The notes under the pieces: model-generated
The model's input: the letters and a program-made list of their open reading frames with translations, nothing else
Database searches by the model: none
Told to the model about the DNA's origin: nothing
Shown: in pieces, positions 50,980-61,097 of the stretch
Position numbering within the stretch: position 1 is the stretch's first letter
Layout: each line of letters starts with the position of its first letter
Translations under genes and position numbers: made by a program
Origin: an uncultured Clostridia bacterium
Lineage (GTDB): Bacteria; Bacillota; Clostridia; TANB77; CAG-508
Direction: 5' to 3'
Assembly: GCA_944386175.1 (NCBI GenBank)
Contig: CALXAB010000001.1
Coordinates: forward strand, 47,645-111,644
DNA: 64,000 bases

Positions 50980-51350
50980 ATTTTTTAGTTAGTACACTAA
51001 GTGAACTTGTGTAAAAATTTTTTTAATTATTTTTTACTTTATTATTTTTGAGTTCACTCGGTGTACTTAGTTTTTTATTATATCAATTTTTAGTACACTT
51101 AGTGAACTAATTATAAATTATTTCATAAAATTTAGTACACTTGGTGAACTTTTTCTTAAAAATTACTTATCTTTCGTTCATTTAGTGAACTTTCACACTC
51201 TAAAAGAGATTTTTTAGTCATTCATTCGGTGAATTTTTGCATCAAATTTGCTTAAAATTTTTGTTCTTTTATTAACTCTTGAAAGCTTGACCTTCAATGT
51301 GTATATGCGTTGCGTGATGCACGCTATCCTGCCTTTAGTGTTCACTTTAT
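50980..51350. repeat. Repeat locus D: six palindromes plus the T element (about 95% identical to locus B)
   Basis: Palindromes at 50992-51006, 51052-66, 51093-107, 51135-49, 51176-90 and 51220-34. T element at about 51251-51345 with stem 51279-85/51291-97. Confidence 0.85.
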
Positions 51351-51355
51351 ATCCT

Positions 51356-53209
51356 TTAATTAGTATTAGATTCTGATGTAGTTTTATTTACAACACCCAA
51401 GTTCTTAATACTATCTTGTAAACTTTCATCTGGAATAAAGTTTCTACAATTTTCTAATTTATAAAATTCCCCTAATTTATCTATATCTTTATATAAGAAA
51501 TAAAAATAGTTTTTTAATGCATTTTCTGTTGTTTCTAATCTAGGTCTTAATGAGTATGCTCTTTTCTTCTTATAGAAATAGTTTTCATTAAATAATTTAT
51601 ATAAATTATTTAGTTCATCACTATCTAATGTTATTTTGTGAAATCTCGTTTCTTTGAAAATATAATTTATTTTATCAATGTCTATATTTAAATCATCAAC
51701 ATATTCTCTAATGTTATTCTTGCTTATTATAGTTATTATAGATAATGTAATACTCATAATTATATAATCCATAAATTCTTTTGATAAATTCATTGTCCTA
51801 AATATTTTTATTGATCTAATATCATTGTTTTCAATCATTTTTAAAAACATTATAATGATTGGTTCACCCTTTATAAGATATGGTATAAATATTTCTTCTT
51901 CATGTATATTTTTTCTTTGCAGAAAATCATTAATACTTCTATCTGGAAATTTTTCCCTATGTTCCATTAATCTAATATTATCGTATAATTCTTCTAGTAC
52001 TCTGTACTTTTCATTTTTAGTTAAATTCTTATTTTCAATAACACATGTATATACAGATTCTAAATATCTATTACTAGTAAACATATATATAGAATCATAT
52101 TTATATAATCTACAATAGCTAAAATCTATAACATTTTCATATAGAAAAATTAAATACATATCTAATTTAATAATTCTCCATACAAGATTTATATATTCTT
52201 TTTCTTGACTTTCAGTTTGAATATATTTTATTTTATCTATTAAATTTGCAATATTTTGCATTTTATAATCATCATGAACAGGCACAAATTCATAATAAGC
52301 AAACATTGTATAAAGTTTACAATATATATTTGCAGCCTCTATATGTTTATTATATAAAATCAAATGCGAAACTATTTCATGTATAGCACTAATCAAATCA
52401 CTTCTAAAAATCATTTCTGTATAATATTCTTGAAGAATTTTTTTGTTATTAAATAAAGTTAAATCTATAAGATTCATTATGTTGTGAATATTATAATTAT
52501 AATCATTATCATTTTTTTGTATTAATACTAATGTTTGATTCTTTAAGTCTGTGATATCTTTGCACCCATGGCTATTTAGAGGAATCGCCTTTTTTATATG
52601 CTTCTTTTGTTTCTCTAAATACATACATAGTAAACTGTTTCCAAACCAATTTTTATGAGTGTAAAACCAAATCATTTTAATACACATATAAAATATAACT
52701 ACAAGAGAAAGCAAAAAATTTATTAATATTAGTATTTGACTACTGCCTTTTAGGCATTGTATAATATTTACAAATAATAGGAGAACTAAAATTATAAAAA
52801 TTTTTAGCAATGATAAAAAACTATTGTTAGGGAAAATAACATTAATATGTTTTTTTCCCAATATATAACTTTCAGACAACCCAGATAATAAAGATATTAC
52901 TGAAATTATTATCAATGTATTACTAATTTGAGCTACTAATATATCATTTGAATCAATGTTAAATTCTTTATTCAAGTCTAATATATTTTCAATTTTGTAA
53001 TCATTAATAGCATAAAAAATTACAAACATACTAAATATAACTATACTAAACATAAAAATAATCATTAAAAAATTCATAATTTTTTGTTTAACTACAAAAT
53101 ATTTTTTATTATCATATATTTTATACCATTTTAAAAATTCTTTTATTTTATAATTTTTATTTAAAATAAATCTTCTTATTTTTTTTAATTTACCATTAGA
53201 ATCTTCCAT
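51356..53209 (-). CDS. Hypothetical 617-aa protein: N-terminal multi-TM region plus a large soluble domain
   Basis: Several hydrophobic helices in the first about 200 aa. No recognisable motifs. Located downstream of the AbiE pair. Confidence 0.45.
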   Translation of the reverse strand: MEDSNGKLKKIRRFILNKNYKIKEFLKWYKIYDNKKYFVVKQKIMNFLMIIFMFSIVIFSMFVIFYAINDYKIENILDLNKEFNIDSNDILVAQISNTLIIISVISLLSGLSESYILGKKHINVIFPNNSFLSLLKIFIILVLLLFVNIIQCLKGSSQILILINFLLSLVVIFYMCIKMIWFYTHKNWFGNSLLCMYLEKQKKHIKKAIPLNSHGCKDITDLKNQTLVLIQKNDNDYNYNIHNIMNLIDLTLFNNKKILQEYYTEMIFRSDLISAIHEIVSHLILYNKHIEAANIYCKLYTMFAYYEFVPVHDDYKMQNIANLIDKIKYIQTESQEKEYINLVWRIIKLDMYLIFLYENVIDFSYCRLYKYDSIYMFTSNRYLESVYTCVIENKNLTKNEKYRVLEELYDNIRLMEHREKFPDRSINDFLQRKNIHEEEIFIPYLIKGEPIIIMFLKMIENNDIRSIKIFRTMNLSKEFMDYIIMSITLSIITIISKNNIREYVDDLNIDIDKINYIFKETRFHKITLDSDELNNLYKLFNENYFYKKKRAYSLRPRLETTENALKNYFYFLYKDIDKLGEFYKLENCRNFIPDESLQDSIKNLGVVNKTTSESNTN

Positions 53210-53265
53210 ATTTTGCTCCCATTTTCATATATTCATTTAATTATTCTATGTATGTAGTTATTAGA

Positions 53266-54111
53266 TTATTTTTTTAATTCATTCTTTATTTCTTCTAATA
53301 CTCCCATCGTATCTTCATAATTAATATCTTCTGCATAACTAAATTTAGATTGATAATTCTTCCAATGCTCTTTCAGAACATCACTTTCTTTTATAACTTC
53401 CATTATCTCATTTATATTATTTAATTTATCCATTGAACCTCTATATTCAAATTTCTTCAATATAGCTTGTCCTAATAATTCTTTATTAAAATTTTGTTGT
53501 TGAGTAGTCCATAATATATAAATATCATAAAAATCTCTCGCTCTTGTAGTATCTATATTTCTTGATATAATTGTTTCAAATTTATCAGCTATTACTGTTT
53601 CCATATTATATGCTAATATTTCTATTGAACGATTTTCAAACATTAAATCGAACTTATAATTTACTTCTTTTGGAACAATTACATCTCCTGTTGTTATATC
53701 TAATTTCATTGGTACAACTAACTTATCAAATTTAGCATCTAAAGCTACTCTGTATCCTCCATATTCATCTTCTTGTCTTATTTCTTTTATACTTCTAAAT
53801 TCAAATGCTACTCCATCATCTAAATCTATATTAAAAATTTCATTTAAGATATTTTCAAGATTATCCTTTTCTAAATCAAATCCTTTTATCGTTGCATCCA
53901 TATCAAGAGTATTTCTCATGTCTATTCCAACTATTGCTGTTATTAACATTCCTCCTTTTAATACAAATTTATATTTGTATTTTGATACCGAAATTCTTTC
54001 CAATAGTCTTTCTAGCATATAGTTTTGTAAAATAATGTTTTCATTCACATCTACTTTATCTGACATATTCTTTATCCATGCTTTTAATTGTGCTCTATTT
54101 TTTGCTATCAC
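53266..54111 (-). CDS. abiEii: AbiEii/AbiGii-family nucleotidyltransferase toxin (intact)
   Basis: KGGMLITAIVGIDMRNTLDMD is the NTase motif. 281 aa. A 4-nt overlap (ATGA) with the upstream antitoxin gene. Confidence 0.75.
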   Translation of the reverse strand: MIAKNRAQLKAWIKNMSDKVDVNENIILQNYMLERLLERISVSKYKYKFVLKGGMLITAIVGIDMRNTLDMDATIKGFDLEKDNLENILNEIFNIDLDDGVAFEFRSIKEIRQEDEYGGYRVALDAKFDKLVVPMKLDITTGDVIVPKEVNYKFDLMFENRSIEILAYNMETVIADKFETIISRNIDTTRARDFYDIYILWTTQQQNFNKELLGQAILKKFEYRGSMDKLNNINEIMEVIKESDVLKEHWKNYQSKFSYAEDINYEDTMGVLEEIKNELKK

Positions 54112-54701
54112 AATAACACCTCCAAGTATTTTCTTACTTCATCTTCAATATTAAATAATTTTGCATATTTGTGTAGTTTAATAGAGTTTCTATCTTTTCT
54201 TTCAGCATATCTTTTCATCGCATCTGTAAATAAGGCAATTTCTATTTTTTTCTTATTTCTGATAATGTCACATATTGTTCTCTCTAAATCATAAACTTTA
54301 ACTTTGTTTCCATATGGTGTATTCATTTCTATTATTCCTAATTCATATAATTCATCTTTTAAATAGAAAAATTGATAGTTTCTATCTTTTAGTAATTTAG
54401 TATTATAGTAACTAGGTATAGTCAATTGATATTTTATGGGAGTTCTATCACATAAATCATGAAAATACAAAGCTGTCTCATGAGAGAATATCCCTTTTTT
54501 ACAAATTGCTTGTGTGATAAAATAATTATCTTCAAATGTATCTGCTCCAATATATACTCCTCTTGCTACTCTATCTATCAATCCCTTTTCTATCATCCTT
54601 GTTAAAATCTTATTATTTATCCCAATATCTTCTACTTGATATGTTTCAATCACTCCATTATTATTTTTTAATAATTTTTCTACTTTTTCTATATCATCCA
54701 T
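54108..54701 (-). CDS. abiEi: AbiEi-family antitoxin / regulator (intact)
   Basis: Paralog of 13551-14153. Operonic with the toxin. Confidence 0.75.
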   Translation of the reverse strand: MDDIEKVEKLLKNNNGVIETYQVEDIGINNKILTRMIEKGLIDRVARGVYIGADTFEDNYFITQAICKKGIFSHETALYFHDLCDRTPIKYQLTIPSYYNTKLLKDRNYQFFYLKDELYELGIIEMNTPYGNKVKVYDLERTICDIIRNKKKIEIALFTDAMKRYAERKDRNSIKLHKYAKLFNIEDEVRKYLEVLL

Positions 54702-54810
54702 AAATTTTCTCCTTTGCCGTTTTCATTCGTAAATATTATATCATTTACGAATAAAAACGGCAACAATATTTAAAAAATTAATAGCACAAAATTAAAATTT
54801 GTGCTAAAAT

Positions 54811-55296
54811 CTAACTTTCAAAGTAAAATGCTAACCTTGAATTATTTCTAATATATTTCTCCTCAAAATTATTATTTGTAAAATTTTTTATAGTCTTTCT
54901 CCAAAATTTTTGAGCTCTTTCATTTTTTAATAATGTTCTAACTTCCCATTTTCCTTTATATAACTCAAACATTTTATTTGCCATATATGTACCTGCTCCC
55001 ATTTTTCTATACTTGTTAAGAATAAAAAATTCAGCTATTTCGTTCATATTTTCTTCATTAAATCTATGTAAAACAAAACCTGCTAATTCATTATCACATT
55101 TTAATATATATGGATGTCTATTTTCTTCTTGCCAGTATCTTTCAACATATTTATTCATTACATATAATCCAGAATCTAGCATTGTAAATGTTGCTGTCTC
55201 ATCTTCAAAAAAGCTAAGCTCATATGTATATAATTGCATTAAATTATATATTATATTTTTGTCTTTTTCATCAACTTTTATTAAATCAAATCTCAT
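54811..55296 (-). CDS. GNAT-family acetyltransferase
   Basis: A size of about 160 aa. Motif A-like RKMGAGTYMANKMF. Confidence 0.5.
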   Translation of the reverse strand: MRFDLIKVDEKDKNIIYNLMQLYTYELSFFEDETATFTMLDSGLYVMNKYVERYWQEENRHPYILKCDNELAGFVLHRFNEENMNEIAEFFILNKYRKMGAGTYMANKMFELYKGKWEVRTLLKNERAQKFWRKTIKNFTNNNFEEKYIRNNSRLAFYFES

Positions 55297-55325
55297 TTTC
55301 TTCTCCTTATTTAAATAATAAAAAA

Positions 55326-55949
55326 CTATTTTTCAATTTCATTATCATATATACTTTTATATTCTTCAAACTTAGCCTTTGCTCTTGGTAGTCCTGCATC
55401 CACTGCCATCTTTAAATAATATTCTGATAATCTTAAATTTTTCTCTGTTCCAACTCCATTATAATAAAAATTTGCTCCTAAATCATAAATTGCTGGAAGA
55501 TGTCCTTGTATTGCACAGTCATGTATTAATTCAAATGCTTTCTTTTCATCTCTTTCAATATTTCCAAATCCAAAATAGTAATAAGCTCCTAAACAAAATT
55601 TTGAAAATGCTTGTCTTCTCGGTGTTTCTTGTTCTTCATTTATAAGACTTAATAGTGATTCATAAGCCTCAATATGTATCTGTTTTGCTTTTTCTTTATC
55701 TTGTTCCACTCCATCTCCAAAATGATAGCAAGCACCAACTCCATATGCACAACGAGGATCTCCTAAGTCTTTTCCTTTTTCATACCAGTACATTGCTTTT
55801 TCAAAACTTTGCTCTGCTCCATTTTCTTGACTATCATAACTTCTTCCTAGAATATAGCACGCAAGTCTATCTCCATTTTTAGCTTTCATTTCTAAATCTT
55901 CTATGTTAAATATCATTGGCTTTATTATATTATTCACTTTTAGCTTCAC
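55326..55949 (-). CDS. Sel1-like (tetratricopeptide-like) repeat protein
   Basis: Repeated AxxWYxKAAxxGxxxAQ-like units (YWYEKGKDLGDPRCAYGVGACY, LIHDCAIQGHLPAIYDLGANFY). Confidence 0.55.
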   Translation of the reverse strand: MKLKVNNIIKPMIFNIEDLEMKAKNGDRLACYILGRSYDSQENGAEQSFEKAMYWYEKGKDLGDPRCAYGVGACYHFGDGVEQDKEKAKQIHIEAYESLLSLINEEQETPRRQAFSKFCLGAYYYFGFGNIERDEKKAFELIHDCAIQGHLPAIYDLGANFYYNGVGTEKNLRLSEYYLKMAVDAGLPRAKAKFEEYKSIYDNEIEK

Positions 55950-56481
55950 CTAATTTCTTTAATAAAATATATCTTTTTATATTTTCATCTTTTTTATACC
56001 AAGTTTGTTCCTCATATCCTAAGTCTTTTAAATTTCTTAAACTATAAATATTTCCAAAAGTTACTTCTGCAATAATGTTACTTATTCCTTTTTCTTTAGC
56101 CCTTCCTTCAAGATATTTTACTAATGTTTTCTGTAATCCATATCCTCTATACTCTGGTAATACAATAACTCCATCTATATCAGCACAATTACCTTTGATA
56201 TTTGTAATCATTTGCTTTAATTCTTTCATTCTGCTTGAAACTGATAAAAAAATCCATGCAATCATTTTATTATCTATAAAAGCACCATATATCTCTCCAT
56301 CATTTATAGGGTTGTTTAATATCCTTAAATATGTTTCTTTTTTAAAAGGTAAAAAATAACCTTTTTCCTCCTCTTTAAAATTATCTATTACAATATTTTG
56401 AATATTATATATGTCATCAACGTCATTCGAATTGCATTTTCTAATTTTTAGTTTTTCCTTAGAAAATTGATTAATTTCCAT
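55930..56481 (-). CDS. GNAT-family N-acetyltransferase
   Basis: Motif A: VLPEYRGYGLQKTLVKYL. Confidence 0.7.
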   Translation of the reverse strand: MEINQFSKEKLKIRKCNSNDVDDIYNIQNIVIDNFKEEEKGYFLPFKKETYLRILNNPINDGEIYGAFIDNKMIAWIFLSVSSRMKELKQMITNIKGNCADIDGVIVLPEYRGYGLQKTLVKYLEGRAKEKGISNIIAEVTFGNIYSLRNLKDLGYEEQTWYKKDENIKRYILLKKLGEAKSE

Positions 56482-56498
56482 ATTTTAATTCACCTTCG

Positions 56499-57494
56499 TT
56501 ATTTTGTTTTTTCAAAAATATCACTCCAAAAGTCATTGTTGCTAAATTCTAATCCTTTTTCACTTTCATAATACCAAAATTTATCTTCTTCCGATATTTC
56601 TCCTTTACTCATCAAATGACTTAACTGTAAAATTCCCATTGCATTTGCAATATCAAATAATATTGGAAATACTTCTTTTTCATAGCTTGTCAATTTATTA
56701 TATTTCTCATACTCATTTAATATCATCCTTATCTTGTTTTTGGTATCTTCAGTATCATTTGGGTTTAAACATAAGTTACAACTACTTACAGCTAAATCAA
56801 TAATTCTAGGAAGATAATTTGACACTGCAAAATCTATTATCCATAATTTTCCATTATTATCTTTCATAACATTTGTACTTATTATATCTCCATGTGTAAA
56901 AGCATGTGGTAATTTTTGCATATCAATATTTTTAAATTTTACTATCAATTCATTTAACCTTGTGTAATCATTTTCACTTAAATGTTGTTTTTTATCCTCA
57001 AACTCTTGTGCAAAATTTATAATTGCCCATTTGTCATAAATAAACTCTGAATCTAATTTTTGGTTATGTATAATCGCCATTTGTCTTATAATTTCTTTTA
57101 TTTCTTCTTCACTTGGAATAATTCCTAAATCAAAAAAGCTATTACCATTTATGTACTGAAATACACATAATCTATATTTGATATTTTCTATTTCAATTAC
57201 ACATTCACTTTCATTATTTACTTTATACAGTTTTGGTGTATTTATTTCTGTTTTTTCTGCTAATTCAATTCTCTCAATATAGTTTTTACAATCTGTATCT
57301 GTTCTTTCTTTATGAAATATTTTTACACAATATTTTCCTGTTGTTGTCTTTAATATATAATTGAAATCTTCATACCCAACTGTAATAATCGTATCTGATA
57401 CATATTCTCCTAAATTATACATATTACATATATGTTTTGAAACTGTACTTAAATCAGTGTTTAGATTAATCCTATCTTTAAATTCTTCTTCCAC
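56499..57494 (-). CDS. Aminoglycoside/choline-kinase-type phosphotransferase (APH family)
   Basis: HGDIISTNVM...WIIDFAVS shows the Brenner catalytic motif and a DFG-equivalent. Confidence 0.7.
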   Translation of the reverse strand: MEEEFKDRINLNTDLSTVSKHICNMYNLGEYVSDTIITVGYEDFNYILKTTTGKYCVKIFHKERTDTDCKNYIERIELAEKTEINTPKLYKVNNESECVIEIENIKYRLCVFQYINGNSFFDLGIIPSEEEIKEIIRQMAIIHNQKLDSEFIYDKWAIINFAQEFEDKKQHLSENDYTRLNELIVKFKNIDMQKLPHAFTHGDIISTNVMKDNNGKLWIIDFAVSNYLPRIIDLAVSSCNLCLNPNDTEDTKNKIRMILNEYEKYNKLTSYEKEVFPILFDIANAMGILQLSHLMSKGEISEEDKFWYYESEKGLEFSNNDFWSDIFEKTK

Positions 57495-57500
57495 TAATAT

Positions 57501-57833
57501 TTATACCTCCATGTACCATTGTTTAAGAAATATACATTTATTGCTCTTATTTAATTTTATTTGATATATCATGTCATATAATATTGTATCTTTCAAAATA
57601 AAATTAACTATACAACATTCATCATTTTCACATAGTATATTGAACTCAATATCATTTGTGTTTTGCCCTTTTATTTCTTCCCATATTTCTCTAATTTTTT
57701 TCATGTTATTTATTTTTTCTATAGGCGACTCATAATACTCCACTTTTTCATCAAATAAGTTAATTATCTTGTCTATATCTTTCTGTTTCCAATTATTTAG
57801 TAATTCATCACACCATTTATAATAATCTCTCAT
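57501..57833 (-). CDS. Hypothetical protein (110 aa)
   Basis: ORF only. Confidence 0.35.
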   Translation of the reverse strand: MRDYYKWCDELLNNWKQKDIDKIINLFDEKVEYYESPIEKINNMKKIREIWEEIKGQNTNDIEFNILCENDECCIVNFILKDTILYDMIYQIKLNKSNKCIFLKQWYMEV

Positions 57834-57939
57834 ATTCTATTCTCCTAATCTTTACTGTATATAATATATCATAAATTCCTTAATTTTACAATGAAATCGC
57901 CAATATTTTAATATTACATATATCTTTACATTTGCTTAA

Positions 57940-58560
57940 CTACCCCAAAATCTCCAATAGAAATAATGTCAAGAGCGAGTGATAACAAGTTCATTTACTC
58001 TTGACATTATTTGTATTGGAGATTAAAATTGCTTTGCAAATGTATAGCACAAATTTTTCGCTTTTTTCGTGATATAAAATTCCATCGGACGAAAATTTCA
58101 ATTTTTTCGTCCGATAAATTTTTATAAGCCGAATTTCATTAAATTTTCGTCCTATAAAAAATAAGCATCAGCAGATATCTACCAACACTTAAATTTATAA
58201 AGATTCTCTATAACTTATTTCATAAATTCTTTCTAACTATTAAAATAACTAATAAATTCACATATCTACTAACCACCTCAACCTATATATGTTTTTCTTG
58301 CCATAGATACAATCTCAAATTTCCTAGTATTTCAAACACTTTCATCAATTTTCTAAAATTTAATTTATGTGTTTCCATTTACCATATCTGCAACTACTTT
58401 AACTTTCACATCTGAATTTTGATGTTTTTCTCTTCCAAATCTACCTTTTTTATTAAAAGTTATAATCTCTGAAAACATATCAAAATCAAGTATTACCTGC
58501 CTTTCTTTAGTTGTAGCACTGCTACACACTCCACATGTGTGGTCGCTTATAAATTCAATT
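57940..58560. other. Second copy of the E region: 26-bp IR pair (57950-58023), a roughly 100-bp insertion holding a perfect 12-bp IR hairpin (58084-58115), the conserved non-coding stretch, and a remnant of a recombinase 3' end (about 58380-58556, no start codon)
   Basis: Aligned directly against 40500-41000. The remnant translates to ...CGVCSSATTKERQVILDFDMFSEIITFNKKGRFGREKHQNSDVKVKVVADMVNGNT*. Confidence 0.7.
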
Positions 58561-58597
58561 ACAAAATTTTTTTTTGAATATTAAAAATTTTTTATGT

Positions 58598-60187
58598 TTA
58601 TGCTCTTAACTTAAATGTTTTTGGTGCATATTTATATGCCACAAACAATGAAATCAAAGAATAAAGTATGCAAAAAACAATTGTTGCTATTCCAAAAGAA
58701 AATGTAGGTAGTTGTATTTGTATCATATACCAACATACAAAATAAGTTATTCCTTGTACCACTGTATATGTACTACTTTTCATTTCTGTGCTAACATTAT
58801 AAGGTTGAAGTAAATAGTACATTACTAAATAGTGGACTGAAAAAAATACACTCATTGCTATTATAGATATTATCAAAATAGCATAATTTAATGAATTATT
58901 TGTTCCACCAGATAAGTATAGTAATAAAGCTAATCCTAATCCTATTAGTGTTGCTGGTAATAGATTTATTACTATTAAAGTTTTTAATCTTTCTTTAAAT
59001 ATTCCAAGTATAACTTTTGGTGTTCTATATATTCTATATGTAAGCATACTGTAGTCGCAATTCATGAACATTGCTTGGGTAACAGATGAACTCCTATTTA
59101 TACAATACATGATAAACACAAAATATGGCAAATATACCATTAATATTTTATTTATTCTATCCTTAAGTCCGTTATTTATCAAAATCCCAATAATTAGTGC
59201 AATAAAAATAAATAATATAACAATCGATTGTTTTTTTACTGCTTTTGTTAAAATCTTGCTATGTCTTTTTACAAATAAATCATGAAAATATGCAAATCCA
59301 GATTTATTACTTGTATAGTTTTCATTCAATTCTATTTGTTTTAGACTTACATTTTTTATAGCTTGTGTTCCAGTATTTTTCTCTTGCATATATACATTGT
59401 TTTCTGTCAATATTTGTTTATACATCTTTTTATAATCTTTAAAATTATGTATTTTTATTAAACTGTAAATTCCTATTATTATTGAAATAATAAATATAAC
59501 TAAGAAAATATTCTTGTTTAATACTATATTTATAGCTGGTAATCCATAAGCTAATAATAGACACACTCCTACAAATCCCCAGACAAATTTTGTTGGTAAG
59601 TTTTCATTTGATGCCTTGTTTGTCTTCTTAAAGTAATATATGCTGTAATTCATTACAATTAGCTTTATTGCTACCACAAAAAATGGTAATACTATTTGAA
59701 TCCACAAGGGTACTTCTGTTATCATTCCAAATAAAATTGTAAATGGTAAAAAGCCAATAATCAGTTTTAATAATTGATAATAGTAATTAGATAAGCCATA
59801 TTCTCTTGCATTTATATTCATTAAAACTATTGCATAATATTTGTCTTTTGTTGGATTTAACATATATGTGTTTAAAACTCCTCCACATAGTGTTAAAAAG
59901 GTAAATAAATGTATAAACATATCTGATTGATTTGTTTTATACCATGATAATGCCATAAATATCATGGCTACAATATATATGATTTTTCCAATAAATATAC
60001 TTAATATTTCATATAATATACTTATAATATTTGCAAATATTTTTAATCCTTTATTTTTATATAAACTATTTGGCAATATTTTTTTAATAATTGGGAGTTG
60101 TTTTATAGAATAAATAATACTATTTATTCTATATGTATTTTTTAATTTAAAGGATGTTATAAATGTTTCTATCATATTAAATTTCAT
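58598..60187 (-). CDS. ABC-2-type transporter permease (polytopic membrane protein)
   Basis: 529 aa with about 10-12 TM segments. Directly downstream of an ABC ATPase gene. Confidence 0.55.
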   Translation of the reverse strand: MKFNMIETFITSFKLKNTYRINSIIYSIKQLPIIKKILPNSLYKNKGLKIFANIISILYEILSIFIGKIIYIVAMIFMALSWYKTNQSDMFIHLFTFLTLCGGVLNTYMLNPTKDKYYAIVLMNINAREYGLSNYYYQLLKLIIGFLPFTILFGMITEVPLWIQIVLPFFVVAIKLIVMNYSIYYFKKTNKASNENLPTKFVWGFVGVCLLLAYGLPAINIVLNKNIFLVIFIISIIIGIYSLIKIHNFKDYKKMYKQILTENNVYMQEKNTGTQAIKNVSLKQIELNENYTSNKSGFAYFHDLFVKRHSKILTKAVKKQSIVILFIFIALIIGILINNGLKDRINKILMVYLPYFVFIMYCINRSSSVTQAMFMNCDYSMLTYRIYRTPKVILGIFKERLKTLIVINLLPATLIGLGLALLLYLSGGTNNSLNYAILIISIIAMSVFFSVHYLVMYYLLQPYNVSTEMKSSTYTVVQGITYFVCWYMIQIQLPTFSFGIATIVFCILYSLISLFVAYKYAPKTFKLRA

Positions 60188-60296
60188 TCCTTTCTCGCTT
60201 TACTATAAAGGCACAAATAGTTATGAAAGTAATTTTATTTCAAACTAATCTTATCCCTTTCTAGTAAAAATTTAATTAGAAATTAATCTTATAACT

Positions 60297-60995
60297 TTAC
60301 TCTTCTTTTAATGCTTCTATTATTTTATTTTTCAAATGTTGATTATCTAAATTATTTTTATCTATTTCTTCTAACATGCCTTTATTTAAAATAACAATTT
60401 CATCACATAAATCTAGTGCTAATTCCATGATATGTGTAGAAAATATAATAATATGGTCTTTTTTTATTTCTCTTAGCATTTGTTTCATTTCTTCTGCAAC
60501 AACTACATCAAATGATGTTAAAGGTTCATCTAATAACAATACATTTGGACTTGCTATTATATTAACAAGCATTTGCATTTTATTTTTCATACCATGCGAA
60601 TAATCTTTTAATAATTTATCCCTATCTTCTTGCTCTATCTTCATAAAGCCAAAATATTCATCTATTGTTTTCTCATTTTTTATTCTATTTTTATTGATAT
60701 CTATGAAAAATTTTAAAAATTCTCTTGCTGTTAAAAATTCTGGAACATTTGGAGTAGATAATACATATCCTATGTCTTCTGCTTCCATTTTTCTTTTATT
60801 ATTATTGTCTTCTATATAAAATTCTCCTGCATCTATTTCTATATCTTCATTTAAACAATTAAAAAATGTTGTTTTTCCTGCTCCATTTCTACCAAGTAAA
60901 CCATAAATTTTACCTTTTTCAAATTCAAAATTTATGTCTTTTAAGACTTCTTTTTTTTCAAAACTTTTTTTTAGATTTTTAACGACTAATTTCAT
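60297..60995 (-). CDS. ABC transporter ATP-binding protein
   Basis: Walker A GRNGAGKTT. Motifs LSHGMKNKMQ and LLLDEP. Confidence 0.8.
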   Translation of the reverse strand: MKLVVKNLKKSFEKKEVLKDINFEFEKGKIYGLLGRNGAGKTTFFNCLNEDIEIDAGEFYIEDNNNKRKMEAEDIGYVLSTPNVPEFLTAREFLKFFIDINKNRIKNEKTIDEYFGFMKIEQEDRDKLLKDYSHGMKNKMQMLVNIIASPNVLLLDEPLTSFDVVVAEEMKQMLREIKKDHIIIFSTHIMELALDLCDEIVILNKGMLEEIDKNNLDNQHLKNKIIEALKEE

Positions 60996-61097
60996 ACACT
61001 TCTCCTTTAATTCTATCTTTAATTATTTCGTCAATAGAATACCATATATATATAAATTAGTCTAGTATCTTTTATTATAATTTTTTCATTTTTCAAC

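Larger units (their letters stand above)
35451..58560 (-). mobile_element. Tandem array of three related large-serine-recombinase modules (each being E region, cargo, palindrome array plus T element, SHOCT gene, recombinase) interrupting purD
   Basis: Three repeats of the same module architecture with different cargo. The recombinase-purD fusion at the left end. A recombinase 3' remnant at the right end. Confidence 0.55.
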
